From Eledone cirrhosa (Eukaryota), in contig OZ024743.1 of assembly GCA_964016885.1 (NCBI GenBank), positions 75,764,001 through 75,828,000 of the forward strand: DNA of 64,000 nucleotides, in the 5' to 3' direction. Numbering within the stretch: the first letter of the stretch is position 1; every line of letters starts with the position of its first letter. The notes beneath the pieces were generated by a model that was given only the letters and a program-made list of their open reading frames with translations, searched no databases and had not been told where the DNA came from. Below are positions 13,801 through 26,178 of the stretch, one piece after another. Both the position numbers and the translations under genes were made by a program.

Positions 13801-16197
13801 TCTTATTCCATGTCATACTTTGTTGTTGACTTATTCTTGTTAATCTTATTCCATATCATACTCTGTTGCTGACTTATTCTTGTAAATCTTATTCCATATC
13901 ATACTTTGTTGCTGACTTATTCTTGTTAATCTTATTCCATATCATACTCTGTTGCTGACTTATTCTTGTAAATCTTATTCCATATCATACTCTGTTGACT
14001 TATTCTTGTTAATCTTATTCCATATCATATTTTGTTGCTGACTTATTCTTGTTAATCTTATTCCATATCATACTTTGTTGCTGACTTATTCTTGTAAATC
14101 TTATTCCATATCATACTTTGTTGTTGACTTATTCTTGTTAATCTCATTCCATATCATACTTTGTTGCTGACTTATTCTTGTTAATCTTATTCCATATCAT
14201 ACTCTGTTGCTGACTTATTCTTGTAAATCTTATTCCACATCATACTCTGTTGCTGACTTATTCTTGTTAAGCTTATTCCATATCATACTTTGTTGTTGAC
14301 TTATTCTTGTTAATCTCATTCCATATCATACTCTGTTGTTGACTTATTCTGGTAAATCTTATTCCATATCATACTTTGTTGCTGACTTATTCTTGTTAAT
14401 CTTATTCCATATCATACTTTGTTGTTGACTTATTCTTGTTAATCTTATTCCATATCATACTTTGTTGCTGACTTATTCTTGTTAATCTCATTCCATATCA
14501 TACTTTGTTGCTGACTTATTCTTGTTAATCTCATTCCATATCATACTTTGTTGTTGACTTATTCTTGTTAATCTTATTCTATGTCACAATCTGTTGTTGA
14601 CTTATTCTCGTGAATCTTATTCCATATCATGCTTTGTTGCTGACTTATTCTTGTGAATCTTATTCCATATCATACTTTGTTGCTGACTTATTCTTGTGAA
14701 TCTTATTCCATATCATACTCTGTTGTTGACTTATTCTTGTGAATCTTATTCCATATCATACTCTGTTGTTGACTTATTCTTGTTAATCTTATTCCATATC
14801 ATACTTTGTTGTTGACTTATTCTTGTGAATCTTATTCCATATCATACTTTGTTGTTGACTTATTCTTGTTAATCTTATTCCATATCATACTTTGTTGTTG
14901 ACTTATTCTTGTGAATCTTATTCCATATCATACTCTGTTGTTGACTTATTCTTGTTAATCTTATTCCATGTCATACTTTGTTGCTGACTTATTCTTGTTA
15001 ATCTCATTCCATATCGTACTTTGTTGCTGACTTATTCTTGTAAATCTTATTCCATATCATACTCTGTTGTTGACTTATTCTTGTTAATCTTATTCCACAT
15101 CATACTCTGTTGTTGACTTATTCTTGTTAATCTTATTCCATGTCATACTCTGTTGTTGACTTATTCTTGTTAATCTTATTCCACATCATACTCTGTTGTT
15201 GACTTATTCTTGTTAATCTTATTCCATATCGTACTTTGTTGCTGACTTATTCTTGTAAATCTTATTCCATATCATACTCTGTTGTTGACTTATTCTTGTT
15301 AATCTTATTCCACATCATACTCTGTTGTTGACTTATTCTTGTTAATCTTATTCCATATCATACTTTGTTGCTGACTTCTTGTTAATCTTATTCCACATCA
15401 TACTCTGTTGTTGACTTATTCTTGTTAATCTTATTCCATGTCATACTTTGTTGCTGACTTATTCTTGTTAATCTCATTCCATATCATACTCTGTTGTTGA
15501 CTTATTCTTGTTAATCTTATTCCATATCATACTTTGTTGTTGACTTATTCTTGTTAATCTTATTCCATATCATACTTTGTTGTTGACTTATTCTTGTTAA
15601 TCTTATTCCATATCATACTTTGTTGTTGACTTATTCTTGTTAATCTTATTCCATGTCATACTTTGTTGTTGACTTATTCTTGTTAATCTTATTCCATATC
15701 ATACTTTGTTGTTGACTTATTCTTGTTAATCTTATTCCATATCATACTTTGTTGTTGACTTATTCTTGTTAATCTTATTCCATATCATACTTTGTTGTTG
15801 ACTTATTCTTGTGAATCTCATTCCATATCATACTCTGTTGTTGACTTATTCTTGTTAATCTTATTCCATATCATACTTTGTTGTTGACTTATTCTTGTTA
15901 ATCTTATTCCATGTCATACTTTATTGCTGACTTATTCTTGTTAATCTCATTCCATATCATACTCTGTTGTTGACTTATTCTTGTTAATATTATTCCATAT
16001 CATACTTTGTTGTTGACTTATTCTTGTGAATCTTATTCCATATCATACTCTGTTGTTGACTTATTCTTGTTAATCTTATTCCATATCATACTTTGTTGTT
16101 GACTTATTCTTGTGAATCTTATTACATATCATACTTTGTTGCTGACTTATTCTTGTGAATCTTATTACATATCATACTTTGTTGTTGACTTATTCTT
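10862..16197. repeat. 43-bp satellite, roughly 124 copies
   Basis: Consensus gacttattcttgt(a/t/g)aatcttattccatatcatact(c/t)tgttg(t/c)t. Units are head-to-tail with no spacers. Confidence 0.97.
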
Positions 16198-16307
16198 CTT
16201 GCCCTCTCTCACATCCCAGCTGGTGGGAGCCTCAGAGAAACACCTCTATTCTGTCCGCCGGAGCCATGGGGCGGCCAACACGTGGGCTCTCATTTGCTCA
16301 TAATAAT

Positions 16308-16635
16308 GGTTTCTACTTTTGGCACAAGGCCAGCAATTACCCAGTGCATTACTGGTACTTTATTTTATCGACCACGTAATGATGAAAGGCAAAGTTAACA
16401 TCGGAGGGATTTGAACTCAGAATGGCAAAGGCTGCATGGCGTCCGACCCTCTACCGATACTGCATAGTTTCTGATTTAGGCACAAGGCCATCAATTTGGG
16501 GGAGGGGAAAGTCGATTAAATCGACCCCAGTGCGTTACTGGTAGTTTATTTTATCGACCCCGTAAGGATAAAAGGCAAAGCTACCCACGGCGGGATTTGA
16601 ACTCAGAACGTAAAAGACCATAACTCTATTTGCTC
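16308..16635 (-). mobile_element. Two adjacent partial SINE copies
   Basis: gtttct...gcacaaggcca...actggta...ttttatcgac..atgaaaggcaaag...ggatttgaactcagaa occurs twice. Confidence 0.85.
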
Positions 16636-16820
16636 ATAATAGTGAGAGATAGGGAGAGCGGGAGAGACGGAAGCAATGATAGTGAGGGTCTGGCTCCTTT
16701 GTGTTCGGCCCTGATGCATATGTATATATTGTTAAAGTCATCACTCCTTCTACCCATCTGACAGGAAACTCACCACATGTGGCTTGTACCTGAGCCTCTT
16801 CATGTGTGTAAGTATATATG

Positions 16821-16943
<123 letters not shown>

Positions 16944-17096
16944 CCAACTCGATTGCGAGAAATGGTATTGCTTGAAACATGAGCATCACGGACGTGGTTT
17001 TTGAGTCCTGCTAGGGCCTTGCAATCGGCTGGCCATGCCATGCATCGCATTGGAAAAGATGTCATATATTCAAGATGCCTGTGCTTGAAGTTTTCT

Positions 17097-17141
<45 letters not shown>

Positions 17142-17142
17142 T

Positions 17143-17298
<156 letters not shown>

Positions 17299-17299
17299 G

Positions 17300-17338
<39 letters not shown>

Positions 17339-17340
17339 TA

Positions 17341-17452
17341 TAAAATAAGAAGGAATAATAGACACAATATACCTAGTTTTTCTTCGTCCCGACTGTACAG
17401 TTTCGATGGTCACTATGCAAAAATGTTATATCATAGATATGTAACATTGTTG
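17341..17452 (-). ncRNA. Truncated hammerhead ribozyme 3' half plus tail ending in (TA)n (PLE-type terminus)
   Basis: Minus strand: ...catagtgaccatc GAAAC TGTACA GTC gggacg. Stem III is palindromic and the cleavage triplet is GUC. The CUGANGA half is missing. Confidence 0.55.
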
Positions 17453-17574
17453 TGAGGTAAGCCAAAAAGTTCCCCGTCTAGTTATGTTTAAAAAACTAAT
17501 ATATTTACCTAAGTTTTTACATCATCTCTTCTGAAATAGTCACCTTGCTCAACAATAAACCGGTCCAAGTTTTT

Positions 17575-17780
17575 ACAATCTGAGTTCAAATCTCACTGAG
17601 GTTAACTTTGCCTTACAGGGTCGATAAAATAAAGTACCAGTAATGCACTGGTATTTTAGACTGTTTACTGGTTCATTATTTTATCGACCCCTAAGGATGA
17701 AAGGCAAAGCTAATCTTGGTGGGATTTGAACTGAGAATATAAAGGACCGGAAAACAACTGCTACACACTTGTCCGACAAG
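17575..17780. mobile_element. SINE fragments in opposite orientations
   Basis: ctgagttcaaat...gtcgataaaataaagtaccag (+), then ttttatcgaccc..ggatgaaaggcaaag..gatttgaact (-). Confidence 0.8.
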
Positions 17781-18174
17781 AATCTAAACTATAATAAAGT
17801 AAGGTTGCGGGACTGCGTACGGTTTATTTCTTTTAATCCAGTTATTAAAATAAGTTGGATTACTTTGAATAAATAATGAATGAATATTACATAATTTATG
17901 TCCTAAATTTCGAAACTAAATTTCGTAAACATAAATAATTTAAAATTGACTTCTTTTCAAATTTTCCTTCACATTTCTACACTTCCGGTATATAGTCGCC
18001 AGCACCACCACTTAAACTACCATATATTTAGAAAGAGAGTGTATGATGAGAGAGATAGAGAGATTATGATTTTCTACACGCTGACGCGTATGAGTGTGCA
18101 CATACATACATCTATATGTACGAGTATATAACTATAATCGCGCAAACACAAATTTATAAAAATACACGCTCACG

Positions 18175-18305
18175 GACATTCACGCAAATACACATACATT
18201 CACACAAATACACATACATTCACACAAATACACATACATTCACACAAATACACATACATTCACACAAATACACATACATTCACAAAAAGACACATACATT
18301 CACAT
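18175..18305. repeat. 20-bp minisatellite cacacaaatacacatacatt, about 6 copies
   Basis: Direct inspection. Confidence 0.9.
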
Positions 18306-18344
18306 ACAAACATACAACCAAGTGCTCTCACGAGCATCACCAGT

Positions 18345-18690
18345 TACCTCTGTTTGGCGAGCCACCAGTGAAGATAAGAATCTCGCTGTCAGTAGCCCGA
18401 CTGCCCCAAACATCTCGAACGCGACAGGCTGGATAATGTATTTTATGATTTTGTTCCGTTCAGCTGCGGATGCTGTAGCTCTCGCCCTTACCGCTGCATC
18501 CAGAATGTGGGAAGAAGCAAAAGAGTAATTAACTGTGACGTCCCAGGTAAGGCACCTGCCTTACCTGGTAAGGCACCTGACCAGGAGCACAGAGTAAGAC
18601 CGTCAAATCTTTTCCCATCAATTCAAGACAACCCAGATGGTTCCAAAATTGAGGGGATGTTTGCCCGGGCCAAAGCTCTTCAGTGGTAAT
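18345..18690 (-). pseudogene. CRE-like non-LTR element, restriction-like endonuclease remnant
   Basis: Minus frame gives RCLTWDVTV..SFASSHILDAAVRARATASAAERNKIIKY..QPVAFEMFGAVG, a PD-(D/E)xK RLE pattern. Confidence 0.7.
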
Positions 18691-18869
18691 AGAATAGTGT
18701 GTGTATGTGCGCGTGCGCATGAGTTTGTCGGCTTTCTTAAATTAGAGACACGTGTGTGTGTGTCACTGTTTTTAAGTTAGACATATATATTTACACATAC
18801 ATACATTCACACAAACACACATACACATTGCGTGATGGCCGTGTGGACAGAATCCCTCAAATTTATATA

Positions 18870-19495
18870 TATGTGAATGGAGTTAGAGAAATTCAAATAT
18901 CTTGGAGCTGTGTTCATGAGTGATGGAATGCAGGAGGCTGAATTAAGTGCAATAATTGCAAAAGCTGATGCAGTAATGCGCCAGCTTCATCAATCAGATG
19001 AAGGAGGGTAGGTGTAAAAGCCAAACTCGCTGTCTTCCTGGTATTCCTGCCAACTCTTACCGAGGATCATGAATCTTGAGTAATGACCAAAAGAATACTA
19101 TTGCAAATAAAAGTGGCAGAAATGGGGTTCCTCCGAAGGGTCTTTGGAGTAATGTTACTCGATAAAGTGCATAGCTCAGGGACCAGAGAGTCACTCCTGG
19201 TAGAGCCGCTACTTCTCCGAATTGAGGGATCACAACTCCGATATTATGAGCATGTGGTTAGAATGTCTCAGTAAAGAATCGCTGGACACATTTTACAGAC
19301 AAAACCAGCCGTCAAGAGACCCGAGGTAGACCCTGAGCAAGATAGTTGGATAACCTTCATGAGCTTGGCTGGTCACGCTTTGGGATCCAGCTGGATCAGT
19401 TAGAGATGTTTGCTACTGACAGACTCGTTGGAAGGAGTGTTTGAGAAGGACTCTGCCCCCACGACTCTCTCAGAAATAAGTGAGTGAAGAAGAAG
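18870..19495 (+). mobile_element. RTE-like LINE 3' portion
   Basis: KFKYLG, IKVAEMGFLRRVFGVMLLDKV..R..L.VEPLLLRIEGSQLRYYEHVVRM, ending in a gaagaagaag tail. Confidence 0.85.
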
Positions 19496-19627
19496 ATATT
19501 GTCAATTTACTTTTCAATTTACATATATCTGTATGCGTATATATTTGCGTCTAATACCAATATGCACATTACATATGCTAGTAGAAAACTGCCCGAAGAG
19601 CGGTTTTGCTGCTATTGATTGTAATAA

Positions 19628-19835
19628 TGGTTTTAGCACAAGGCCAGCAATTATTGTTGTCGGACAAGTGCGTAGCAGTTGTTTTCCGGTCCTTTACATT
19701 CTGAGTTCAAATCCTACCAAGATTAGCTTTCCCTTTCATCCTTAGGGGTCGATAAAATAATGTACTAGTAATACACTGAGGTCGATCTAATCGACTTTTC
19801 CCTCCTCTTCAAATCGTTGACCTTGTGCCTAAATA
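19628..19835 (+). mobile_element. SINE copy with a short inverted SINE tail at its 5' side
   Basis: ctgagttcaaatcc...ctttcatccttaggggtcgataaaata...tcgacttttcc...ccttgtgcctaaa. Confidence 0.8.
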
Positions 19836-20213
19836 AAAAAAAAACATTTTAACTAGTTTTATTTTTATTGCATGTCATCTCTGTATTACCGAGCACAGCT
19901 CTGTGAGCCCTGGGTACGTGTAGTGTGGTGTTTGGTGTTGTTTCTATTGAGAGTATTCTTCGTAATATGTGTGCAGTGCCTAGTAGTGATATCTTTTAAA
20001 CGCTGTATCCATGAGGTACAATGTCAAACACTTCTGGTAGTTGATCCAAGCTAGACTGAGTTTTGATGTTTTTTCTGCAGTTTTCAGTAATGGCGTCATT
20101 GTTTAGCAACTTGTCTTCACAGCTATATGAATCTTTGTAGAATCCTTTCTGTTATTCTGGAAATAAACTGTTTTTTCCGGGCGCTTGACAGTTTCTGCGA
20201 TACTATTCTACTT

Positions 20214-20405
20214 AGGGCGGTGGATTAGCAATATCGGTAGAGGGTCGGACGCCATGCTTTTCAGCATAGAGTTACGCCCCTTTACGGTCTGAGTTTAAAT
20301 CCCGCCGAGGTTAACTTTACCTTTCATCCTTACGGGGTCGATAAAATAAAGTACCAGTAATACACTGGGATAATTGCTGCCCCTGTGCCAAAAGTAGAAA
20401 TAACT
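20214..20405 (+). mobile_element. tRNA-derived SINE
   Basis: gggcggtggattagcaatatcggtagagggtcggacgccatgc head, followed by the body and tail. Confidence 0.9.
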
Positions 20406-20633
20406 ATTCTACTTTTTATAGAAATAACTATTCTAAGTTTTGTATGTAGTAGGAAGGTATGTTTTGGACCTGTAGTTTTTGGAGCTTACTGTCTTTATTT
20501 TTGGGAATCAGGGTGGTTTTCCCCTTAGTAAGTCAACCAGGTGTTTTTGGTATCTTATCCAGTGCCTTCCACTTTCTTGCCGTTTTCAGTGTGCTAGACT
20601 AGTGGTTCCCAAAGTGGGTTCCACGGGGCCCAA

Positions 20634-21244
20634 GTATATATATATATATTACATATAACAGTAGAGATGTATATATATATATATATTACATATAACAGTA
20701 GAGATCTATATATATATTACGACCATATAACAGTAGAGATGTATATATATATATATTACATGTAACAGTAGAGATCTATATATATATTACGACCATATAA
20801 CAGTAGAGAAGTATATATATATATTACATATAACAGTAGAGAAGTATATATATATTACATATAACAGTAGAGAAGTATATATATATTACGACCATATAAC
20901 AGTAGAGAAGTATATATATATTACATATAACAGTAGAGAAGTATATATATATATATTACGACCATATAACAGTAGAGATGTATATATATATATATTACAT
21001 ATAACAGTAGAGAAGTATATATATATATTACATATAACAGTAGAGATGTATATATATATATATTACATATAACAGTAGAGATGTATATATATATATATTA
21101 CATATAACAGTAGAGAAGTATATATATATATTACATATAACAGTAGAGAAGTATATATATATATATTACATATAACAGTAGAGATGTATATATATATATA
21201 TTACATATAACAGTAGAGATGTATATATATATTACGACCATATA
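20634..21244. repeat. Minisatellite tattac(gacc)atataacagtagaga(t/a)g with a variable (TA)n, about 18 copies
   Basis: Direct inspection. It is preceded by a hAT-like end, tagtggttcccaaagtggg. Confidence 0.92.
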
Positions 21245-22413
21245 ACATCATCCCACAGTTCTCCAGCTTCCTTGTTCGTCATCATCTGTTGTAACATCAT
21301 CCCACAGTTCTCCAGCTTCCTTGTTCGTCATCATCTGTTGTAACATCATCCCACAGTTGTCCAGCTTCCTTGTTCGTCATCATCTGTTGTAACATCATCC
21401 CACAGTTCTCCAGCTTCCTTGTTCGTCATCATCTGTTGTAACATCATCCCACAGTTGTCCAGCTTCCTTGTTTGTCATCATCATCTGTTGTAACATCTTC
21501 CCACAGTTGTCCAGCTTCCTTGTTCGTCATCATCTGTTGTAAAATCACCCCACAGTTCTCCAGCTTCCTTGTTCGTCATCATCTGTTGTAACATCATCTC
21601 ACAGTTGTCTAGCTTCCTTGTTCGTCATCTGTTGTAACATCATCCCACAGTTGTCCAGCTTCCTTGTTCGTCATCATCTGTTGTAACATCATCCCACAGT
21701 TGTCCAGCTTCCTTGTTTGTCATCATCTGTTGTAACATCATCCCACAGTTGTCCAGCTTCCTTGTTTGTCATCATCATCTGTTGTAACATCATCCCACAG
21801 TTGTCTAGCTTCCTTGTTCGTCATCATCTGTTGTAACATCATCCCACAGTTGTCTAGCTTCCTTGTTCGTCATCATCTGTTGTAACATCATCCCACAGTT
21901 GTCCAGCTTCCTTGTTTGTCATCATCATCTGTTGTAACATCATCCCACAGTTGTCTAGCTTCCTTGTTCGTCATCATCTGTTGTAACATCATCCCACAGT
22001 TGTCCAGCTTCCTTGTTTGTCATCATCATCTGTTGTAACATCATCCCACAGTTGTCTAGCTTCCTTGTTCGTCATCATCTGTTGTAACATCATCCCACAG
22101 TTGTCTAGCTTCCTTGTTTGTCATCATCTGTTGTAACATCATCCCACAGTTGTCCAGCTTCCTTGTTCGTCATCATCTGTTGTAACATCATCCCACAGTT
22201 GTCCAGCTTCCTTGTTTGTCATCATCAGTTGAAACATCATCTCACAGTTGTTCAGCTTCCTTGTTCGTCATCATCTGTTGTAACATCATGCCACAGTTGT
22301 CCAGCTTCCTTGTTTGTCATCATCTGTTGTAACATCATCCCACAGTTGTCCAGCTTCCTTGTTTGTCATCATCTGTTGTAACATCATCCCACAGTTGTCC
22401 AGCTTCCTTGTTC
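21244..22413. repeat. 49-bp minisatellite (46/52-bp variants), about 24 copies
   Basis: aacatcatcccacagttgtccagcttccttgttcgtcatcatctgttgt. Confidence 0.95.
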
Positions 22414-22788
22414 GTTGTTCTCGTTACTTTTAGACATCATGTTGCAGTAAATATTTCTCTTTCTCTTCTTTGGTTTTCTTCATCTTCCTTTTTCCTTCTC
22501 TTCTCTTTTTTTCACCTTCCCCTTTTTTCCTTCTTCTTCTCTTCATCTCCTCCATCTCCTCACTCCTCCCCTTCTCCTTACCTTCTCCGCCTCCTCCTCA
22601 CCTCATCCCCATCTCATCATCCACTTCTCCTCCTCACCTTCTCCTTCTCCTCCCCTCTTCTCCTCCTCACCTTCTCCTTCTCCTCCCCTCTTCTCCTCCT
22701 CCTCCCCCTCTCTCCGTCTTCCCTTCTTTAGCGTCAACTCAATTCTTTTAATATTTCTTTCACCTAATAACCCCCAACCCCACACTGC

Positions 22789-22789
<1 letters not shown>

Positions 22790-22836
<47 letters not shown>

Positions 22837-23062
22837 ACGCCCTCCTAATATCTCCCCACCACCTCCCCCCCTCCCATCATCAACACCACCACAACCACCA
22901 CCCCACCACAACCACCACCCCACCACCACCATCACCCCACCACCGCAAGCCCACCACCGCCATCACCACAACCACCACGCCACTATCAGCCCACCACCGC
23001 ACCCCACCACCAGCACCACCACCGCCGCACCGCGCCACCACCACCACCACCACCACCACCAC
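22790..23062. repeat. (CAT)n followed by (CAC)n trinucleotide tracts
   Basis: Direct inspection. Confidence 0.9.
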
Positions 23063-23073
23063 CAGAGGATTAC

Positions 23074-23127
23074 GTATGCTGTTTAGAAGCAATGTCCAAG
23101 TAGAGGCGGCAGCTTAAGTAAAGTTTC
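23074..23127 (-). CDS. Candidate 54-nt host exon (KLYLSCRLYLDIASKQH), gene unidentified
   Basis: Minus strand tctatttgtacag|GAAACTTTAC...CAGCATAC|gtaatc. One frame is open and the length is divisible by 3, but the donor is weak. Confidence 0.3.
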
Positions 23128-23288
23128 CTGTACAAATAGATGAAGAACGCTAACTTATCGTTGACCTTTGCTGGTCTAAATGAGGTCAACACAGATCTTT
23201 GGAACTGAGCCGCTTGTTAAGCTATTACAGACAGATCATAGCAACTGGAGAATGGCAGGGTAAACAGATATTAGGTTTAGAGGAGATT

Positions 23289-23761
23289 GGTGGTGGTGGT
23301 GGTGTGATAGTGACGGTGGTGGAGGTGGTGTGATAGTGGTGGTGGTGGTGGTGGTGTGATAGTGGTGATGGTGGTGGTGGTGGTGGTGGTGGTAGTGTGG
23401 TGGTGGTTGTATTAGTGGTGGTGGTCGTGTAGGGTTGGTGGTGGTGGTTGTGGTGTAGTGTAGTAGTGGTGATGATGGTGGTGGAGATAGTGGCGGTGGC
23501 GACGGTGTTATTGGTGGTGGTAATGTTCATGACGATTTTGATGATGATGATGATGATGATGGTAATGATGGTGATGATGATGGTAATGGCGATGATGATG
23601 ATGATAGTGGTGATGATGATGATGATGGTGATGATGATGGTAATGGCGATGATGATGATAGTGGTGATGATGATGATGATGATGGTGATGGTAATGGTGA
23701 TGATGGTGGTGGTGATGATGGTGGTGATGATGTTGATGATGGGGATGATGATGATGATGGT
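23289..23761. repeat. (GGT)n followed by (GAT)n trinucleotide tracts
   Basis: Direct inspection. Confidence 0.9.
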
Positions 23762-24113
23762 AGAGTTTGCAAATAGGAATCAACCGATTACTTTAACAAG
23801 AAAGGCTGTCACCAATCAACCGGGGTCTCCTTTAACTCCACCCCTCCCCACCAATCAACTGGGGGTCCTCTTTACCCCCCTCCCCACCAATCAACTGGGG
23901 TCCCCTTTACCCCCCCCCTCGTTTCTTCAATAACAGCAGGGTGGGGTGTTATAACCCCCCCTCCAACTAATTCTACACTAATGGGGTTTACCTGGCTATT
24001 TACACCGATAAACAACTCTTTTACACCTACTTTGTGTCAATTTATTATACACACACACACATATATATATATGAGTGTGTGTATATACATACATATATAT
24101 ATATGTATATATG

Positions 24114-24169
<56 letters not shown>

Positions 24170-24342
24170 TGTGTGTGTATATATATATATATGTATATAT
24201 GTATGTATATATATATACATATATATGTATATATATGTATATATAAATATATATATATACGCACACAAACAAAGACGCACATATATATAGAGCCACAAGA
24301 TAACTACACACACACACTCACACACATACACACACATACACT

Positions 24343-24376
<34 letters not shown>

Positions 24377-24393
24377 CGCGCACACACACGCAC

Positions 24394-24521
<128 letters not shown>

Positions 24522-24764
24522 CCAACAAACATGGCTTTCAAAGGTTGCTAGTTATTTGTTTTTAGTTTTGTACATTTGCCTTATGAACCCTATTTCATAT
24601 TGAAACTTTGTATTTACACGGAGGACTCCCTAATCCTTATATAGGCACAAGGGTTTAGACTTAAGTAGGTTATATTAGATTCTATGGGGGACACTACCTA
24701 ATGTATTTATGAAGAGTATTAACAATAAATATCAGATGAAAATATATTGTTGATTGTTATTAGC

Positions 24765-25770
24765 ATTCGACCCTGTAAGGATGAAAGGCCGAGGTTAACT
24801 TTGCCTTTCATCCTTACAGGGTCGATAAAATAAAGTACCAGTAATGTACTAGGATAATTGCTGGCCTTGTGCCAAAAGTAGAAACAATTATCATCAATGT
24901 TGTCACGCTTGCTGGATTAGGCAGTATCAGTAGAGCGTCAGACATGTTTTGTGACATAGTGTTACGTACGACCTTTTACGTTCCGGGTTCAAATCCTCTC
25001 CGAGGTTAGCGTGGCCTTTCATCTTTACGGGGTCGATAAATTAAATACCAGTGATGCACTGAGGTCAATTTAATCGACTTTCCCCTCCCCCCAAAAGGCA
25101 TTATTGTTATCATTGTTGTCAGGGGCAGGGCGGTGGATTGGCAGTATCGGTAGAAGGTCGGACGCCATTCTTTGACGCATAGAGTTACGGCCCTTGCCAT
25201 TCTGAGTTCAAATCCCGCCGAGTTAAATTTGCCTTTCATCCTTACGGGGTCGATAAAATAAAGTACCAGTAATACACTGCATAATTGCTGGCCTTGTGCC
25301 AAAAGTAGAAACAATTATTATCAGGGGCAGGGCAGTGGATTGGCAGTATCGGTAGAGGGTCGGACGCCATGCTTTGCAGCACAGAGTTACGGTCCTTTAC
25401 GGTCTGACTTCAAATCCCGCCTAGGTTAACTTTGTCTTTCATCCTTACGGGGTCGACAAAATAAAGTACCAGTAACGTACTGGAGTCGATTTAATCGACT
25501 TTCCCCTCCTCCTCCTTATTACTGGCCTTGTGCCTATATTAGAGATCATTATTGTCAGGGTCGGTCGGGTGGGTATTTGGCACAATCGTTAGAGTGTCGG
25601 ATGCTATACTTTGCAATAATTCGTTTCAGCCTTCTTCGTTCTGGTTTCAAATCTCGCCGAAGTAAATTTTGACTTTTATCTTTTCGAGATCGATAAAATA
25701 AAGTACCAGTCATCTAATCGACCCCCCCCCCCTAAAAAATGTTGGCCTTCTGCCTAAATCAGAATCCATT
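24765..25770 (+). mobile_element. Cluster of five head-to-tail SINE copies
   Basis: Copies at about 24790-24885, 24910-25095, 25120-25312, 25322-25545 and 25560-25765, separated by short att/tat linkers. Confidence 0.9.
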
Positions 25771-26049
25771 AATTGTTGTTGTTTATTCTCAGATCAGCGC
25801 TAATTGAACAAACTTATGATCGAAGTATTTCCAATTATGCCCATCCCGTCTTATTGTATATCATAGACTGCATTGTTCAATATCTCCTTCTTTATTGAAA
25901 ATGATGAGGTGCGAGTTTGAGGGAGATTTGGCTGTGATTATTATCAGGTCAATTAACCACATAGAGGCTGTATCGGTGGTTTGAATGTAATTTAGATATT
26001 GTAGAGTTTTCTAATGGTCAGCATTTTGTGTCAGATACTCAACCACCGG

Positions 26050-26178
26050 AGTTTAACCCAGCCCCATAAAGATGAAAGGCAAAGCTAACCTCAGTGGGTT
26101 TTGAACTCAGAACATAAAGGACCGTAACTCTATGTCGCAAAGCACGCTGTCCGACGCTCAACAGATTCTGCCAATCCA
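26050..26178 (-). mobile_element. SINE 5' part abutting a truncated PLE
   Basis: gatgaaaggcaaagctaacctc..ttgaactcagaac...gtccgacgctc..gattctgccaatcca. Confidence 0.8.
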
